DNA of 64,000 bases from Octopus sinensis. Taxonomy: Eukaryota. The notes beneath the pieces were generated by a model. That model was not told where the DNA came from, ran no database searches, and saw nothing but the letters and a program-made list of their open reading frames with translations. Positions 61,034 through 64,000 of this stretch are shown piece by piece; the first letter of the stretch is position 1; the number at the start of each line of letters is the position of its first letter. The DNA is taken from the NCBI RefSeq assembly GCF_006345805.1, contig NC_043023.1, positions 20,088,001 through 20,152,000 on the forward strand, given 5' to 3'. Position numbers and translations under genes: made by a program.

Positions 61034-63281
61034 TGTGGTGTTTTGTGCTTGTCTCCCCACCGTTGCTTGAAAACTGATGTTGGTGTGTTTATGTCCCCAC
61101 AAATTAGCAGTTCGGCAAAGGAGACCGATAGAATAAGTACTAGATTACAAAGAATAATTCCTGGGGCCAGTTGGTTCGACTAAAGGCAGTGCTCCAGCAC
61201 AGCCACAGTGAAATGACAAAAATAAAAATAAAAAGAGTAATTAAAAGAATAATCAAAAGGGAAAATGCAACTGATAATGCATCTCTACTAACATCATAGA
61301 TCAGACATCCCTTTCAGATATTTTCAACAATCTTCTTATTGATTGCTTGATACTTGGTTGACCTAAAAGTTACATAATTCGCATTCACATATGTTTTGGG
61401 GGTTTTGGGTGGGTTACATCTATTGTCCCCTTTTGGCCACTGTTTTATTGCCCTTCTTGATCTTCCCGTCACCTATAGGTGGGGCAGTACCGCCCACTTT
61501 GAGAACCACTGCTTTATGCTATAAACTGCTGGAAGAGTAAAATGCAAGATTGTCATCCGTCAGATTAGAACCGGGGATGTAATAGGTTGAATAAAGCATT
61601 GCAGGGCATTTTACCCGATGCTCTGATAGTGATATAAGACAGTAGTAGAGGAAGAGGTGTCTGCTGTGATCTACTTTTCAAGCAAACCATCTAATTTGAT
61701 GCAAGGCTAAGGGCACAGCCTATTCAGTGTCTTGGGAAGGGTGAGGCACATAGAGACAAATCCATAATCCACGTTGTGATGCGGAGGAAACACTTTGAGA
61801 CATTTCCAACTCCTGGAAGCATGGGGAAAGATCAAGAGCGAATGTGGTAGTGGTGGTCTTAACGGGAGTGGTATGGTAGATTATATAGAGCTGGCATATC
61901 GAACACACAGGCTGAATGCGGCCCTTTTCAAAATGGGGGGACCTCAAAAATTTTTAATAATAAAAATAGAACTGATTAGGAAAGAAAAGGTTTTAAAAGA
62001 CTTTTACTTCATAATAAGGAATTGATATGACAGAAATGTTTGAAGATCCAGAAGTGTTAAGAGCAATTCTTGTGGTGGCGTAAAGCACTTGTGGCAGTGC
62101 CATGTAAAAATGCCCCTGCGGCAACATATAGGAGTGCCTGTGTGGTGCCGCGTAAAAGCATCCAGCTGATGATGATGATGCTCCTATGGCAGTGTGAGCA
62201 ATGTGGCCCATAAAGATTCTACAGTTTGATACTTTGACATGCCTAGTGTTTAGCTGCTATTTTATTGACCTTGAAAGGAAGGTTGAGTAGGATTTGAACT
62301 CCTGCTTGTAGAAATTTCTTTTGACCCATCCTCTACAGAAATGTTAAGGCCGGTCCTGCTGGTGCAAAGGATTCCACTGCTAGAGTCCTCCTGTTGGTGT
62401 CAAGTAAAGGCAGCCAACACACCTCTGTAAAGTGGCTAGTGTTAGGAGGAGCCTCCATCTGCAGACACCAAGCCAAATCAGACTGGGACAATGGTACACC
62501 TCTCCAACCCATGCCAGCAGGCAAAACAGACATTAAAGCAATGGTGATGCTTGGGATTATAAATCTCGATAACATTTCGTTTGGGTTGCATGAAATATGT
62601 TGAGGGTGGAGGCTCTTCATGAAATCACCCTTGCTGTTTTTCAAGTACCCCCACTGACAACCATGTGTACTGGGCAATGGAAGTAAAGGACAACCATTTT
62701 TACTCAGGCAGTGTTAACAAGGGGATACAAAACGTTTCAATTAAGCTGGTAGTTTTTATTAAACCCTTTTCTTAATCGTATTTCCGTTCTGGTTAACTTG
62801 GCCTTTTGTTCTTCTAAAATACCAGTCAAATATTGGATTCAGCCAAAAGGCTTTCATTACCATATTTCTGTTAAAATGCACGGCCTCTGTTTCAATTAAT
62901 TTGGAAAATTAACCCTTTAGCATTCAAACTGGCCATATCTGGCCAAAATATTTAACCTGTTTTATATTGAAACTGACCAGAGTTCGCCTCTCACCTCAGC
63001 CCTACCATGTCGTTCTAAAACTAAAAAAATCACATCACTGAAATCTCTAAACTACAAGATAATGCATGATTAATTCAAACCATTTTAAATAAACAAACAT
63101 CACATTTGATAGAATAATCTGAACACTAAAAGGTTAATGAATTCAGTAAAAACTTATTATTAAGCTAGTGTTTAGAACATAAATTGAAACATTTTGATGG
63201 AAGATTTTAACTGATTACACACACACACACGCGTCAACTCAAAGTCTATATAAACAGTACCCAGGGAAGCTATATCTGCCA

Positions 63282-63778
63282 CCCATGTTGTGTTCAGAAA
63301 GACTCAAGAGATTAAGACTCTATTCCTTAGAGCATAGGCGAGAAAGATATGCCATAATATACATCTGGAAGATCCTAGAAGGACTTGTCCTAAACTTTGG
63401 CATCGAGAGTTACACAAATGCTAGAACTGGGCGCCACTGCATGGTGCCAAGGACTCCAAATTTGCCATCAAGATGTAGGACAAGATACTGTGATAGCCTG
63501 GGTTTCCGAGGCCCACAGCTCTTCAATATCCTCCCGAAGAACCTGAGAGACCTGCAAGGGGTGGATTAAAATAAAACTGGATCTCTTCTTGTCAGGTGTC
63601 CCAGATGAACCAACTTCACGGCAGGAGGTGCAGATGAGGGCGGCTGCATCGAACTCTCTCATGCACTAAATGGCAATTCCTAAAAAGCATTCGTGAAGTT
63701 AAATCATGTAGCAACACTGAATGGTGGTGCCCCAGTATGGCCACAGCTCGTGAACTGAAACTAGATGAAAATAATAAG
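63282..63778 (+). mobile_element. CR1-group LINE 3' end
   Basis: ERLKRLRLYSLEHRRERYAIIYIWKILEG...GPQLFNILPKNLR...LDLFLSGVPDEP, followed by a 3'UTR. Confidence 0.85.
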
Positions 63779-64000
63779 TGAAAATATTACAAAATTTAAC
63801 CCCTTCTGTTAGCATATTTCTGTTAAAATACACCTGAGTTACTTTCAATTACTTTTGAAAATAACGTGGTGTTTGGAAAATTAGAAAGACATTTTACTGG
63901 ATGGTTTTAAATGAGATCATTTTAAAACGAAGTTTGTATTATAGAATTAGAGGATTTGTCTGTCTCTGGTGCATTGGTATCAAAACCACTCCAAGACTAT

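Noticed and set aside
61560-62030. Short non-repetitive ORFs as candidate SRSF7 RS-domain exons
   Set aside because: No RS dipeptide runs or convincing splice sites in any frame; the RS exons are probably beyond the window.

Overview
Repeat-dense eukaryotic genomic DNA. It is most likely an octopus or other coleoid cephalopod; this is inferred from the tRNA-derived SINE families, RTE/Dong/CR1/Penelope relics and (TA)n/(TATG)n load. Two host genes are supported by exon-level reading. (1) A minus-strand CRP/muscle-LIM-protein (CSRP/Mlp-type) gene with four coding exons (9306-9420, 7783-7957, 6394-6499, 2060-2153) that continues off the left edge. (2) A plus-strand SRSF7/9G8-type splicing factor (RRM exon 45919-46103, zinc-knuckle exon 48014-48226) whose RS exons were not found. 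Almost all long ORFs in the supplied track are microsatellite or repeat artefacts. The most notable observations are as follows. There are three different type-I hammerhead ribozyme motifs; two have a non-canonical A.A at the helix-II closing position, and one sits in a perfect 108-bp fold-back so that it is present on both strands inside a CSRP intron. There is a C4HC3 PHD finger inserted in the ORF of an RTE LINE, whose 3'UTR repeatedly spawns hairpin-conserving tandem arrays. Also present are modular Helitrons that swap ends and carry helicase fragments, a TTAGGG-derived 80-bp higher-order array inside terminal inverted repeats, a cryptic old tandem array upstream of SRSF7, and a candidate poison micro-exon in SRSF7. 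No database searches were run, so family names are pattern-based.
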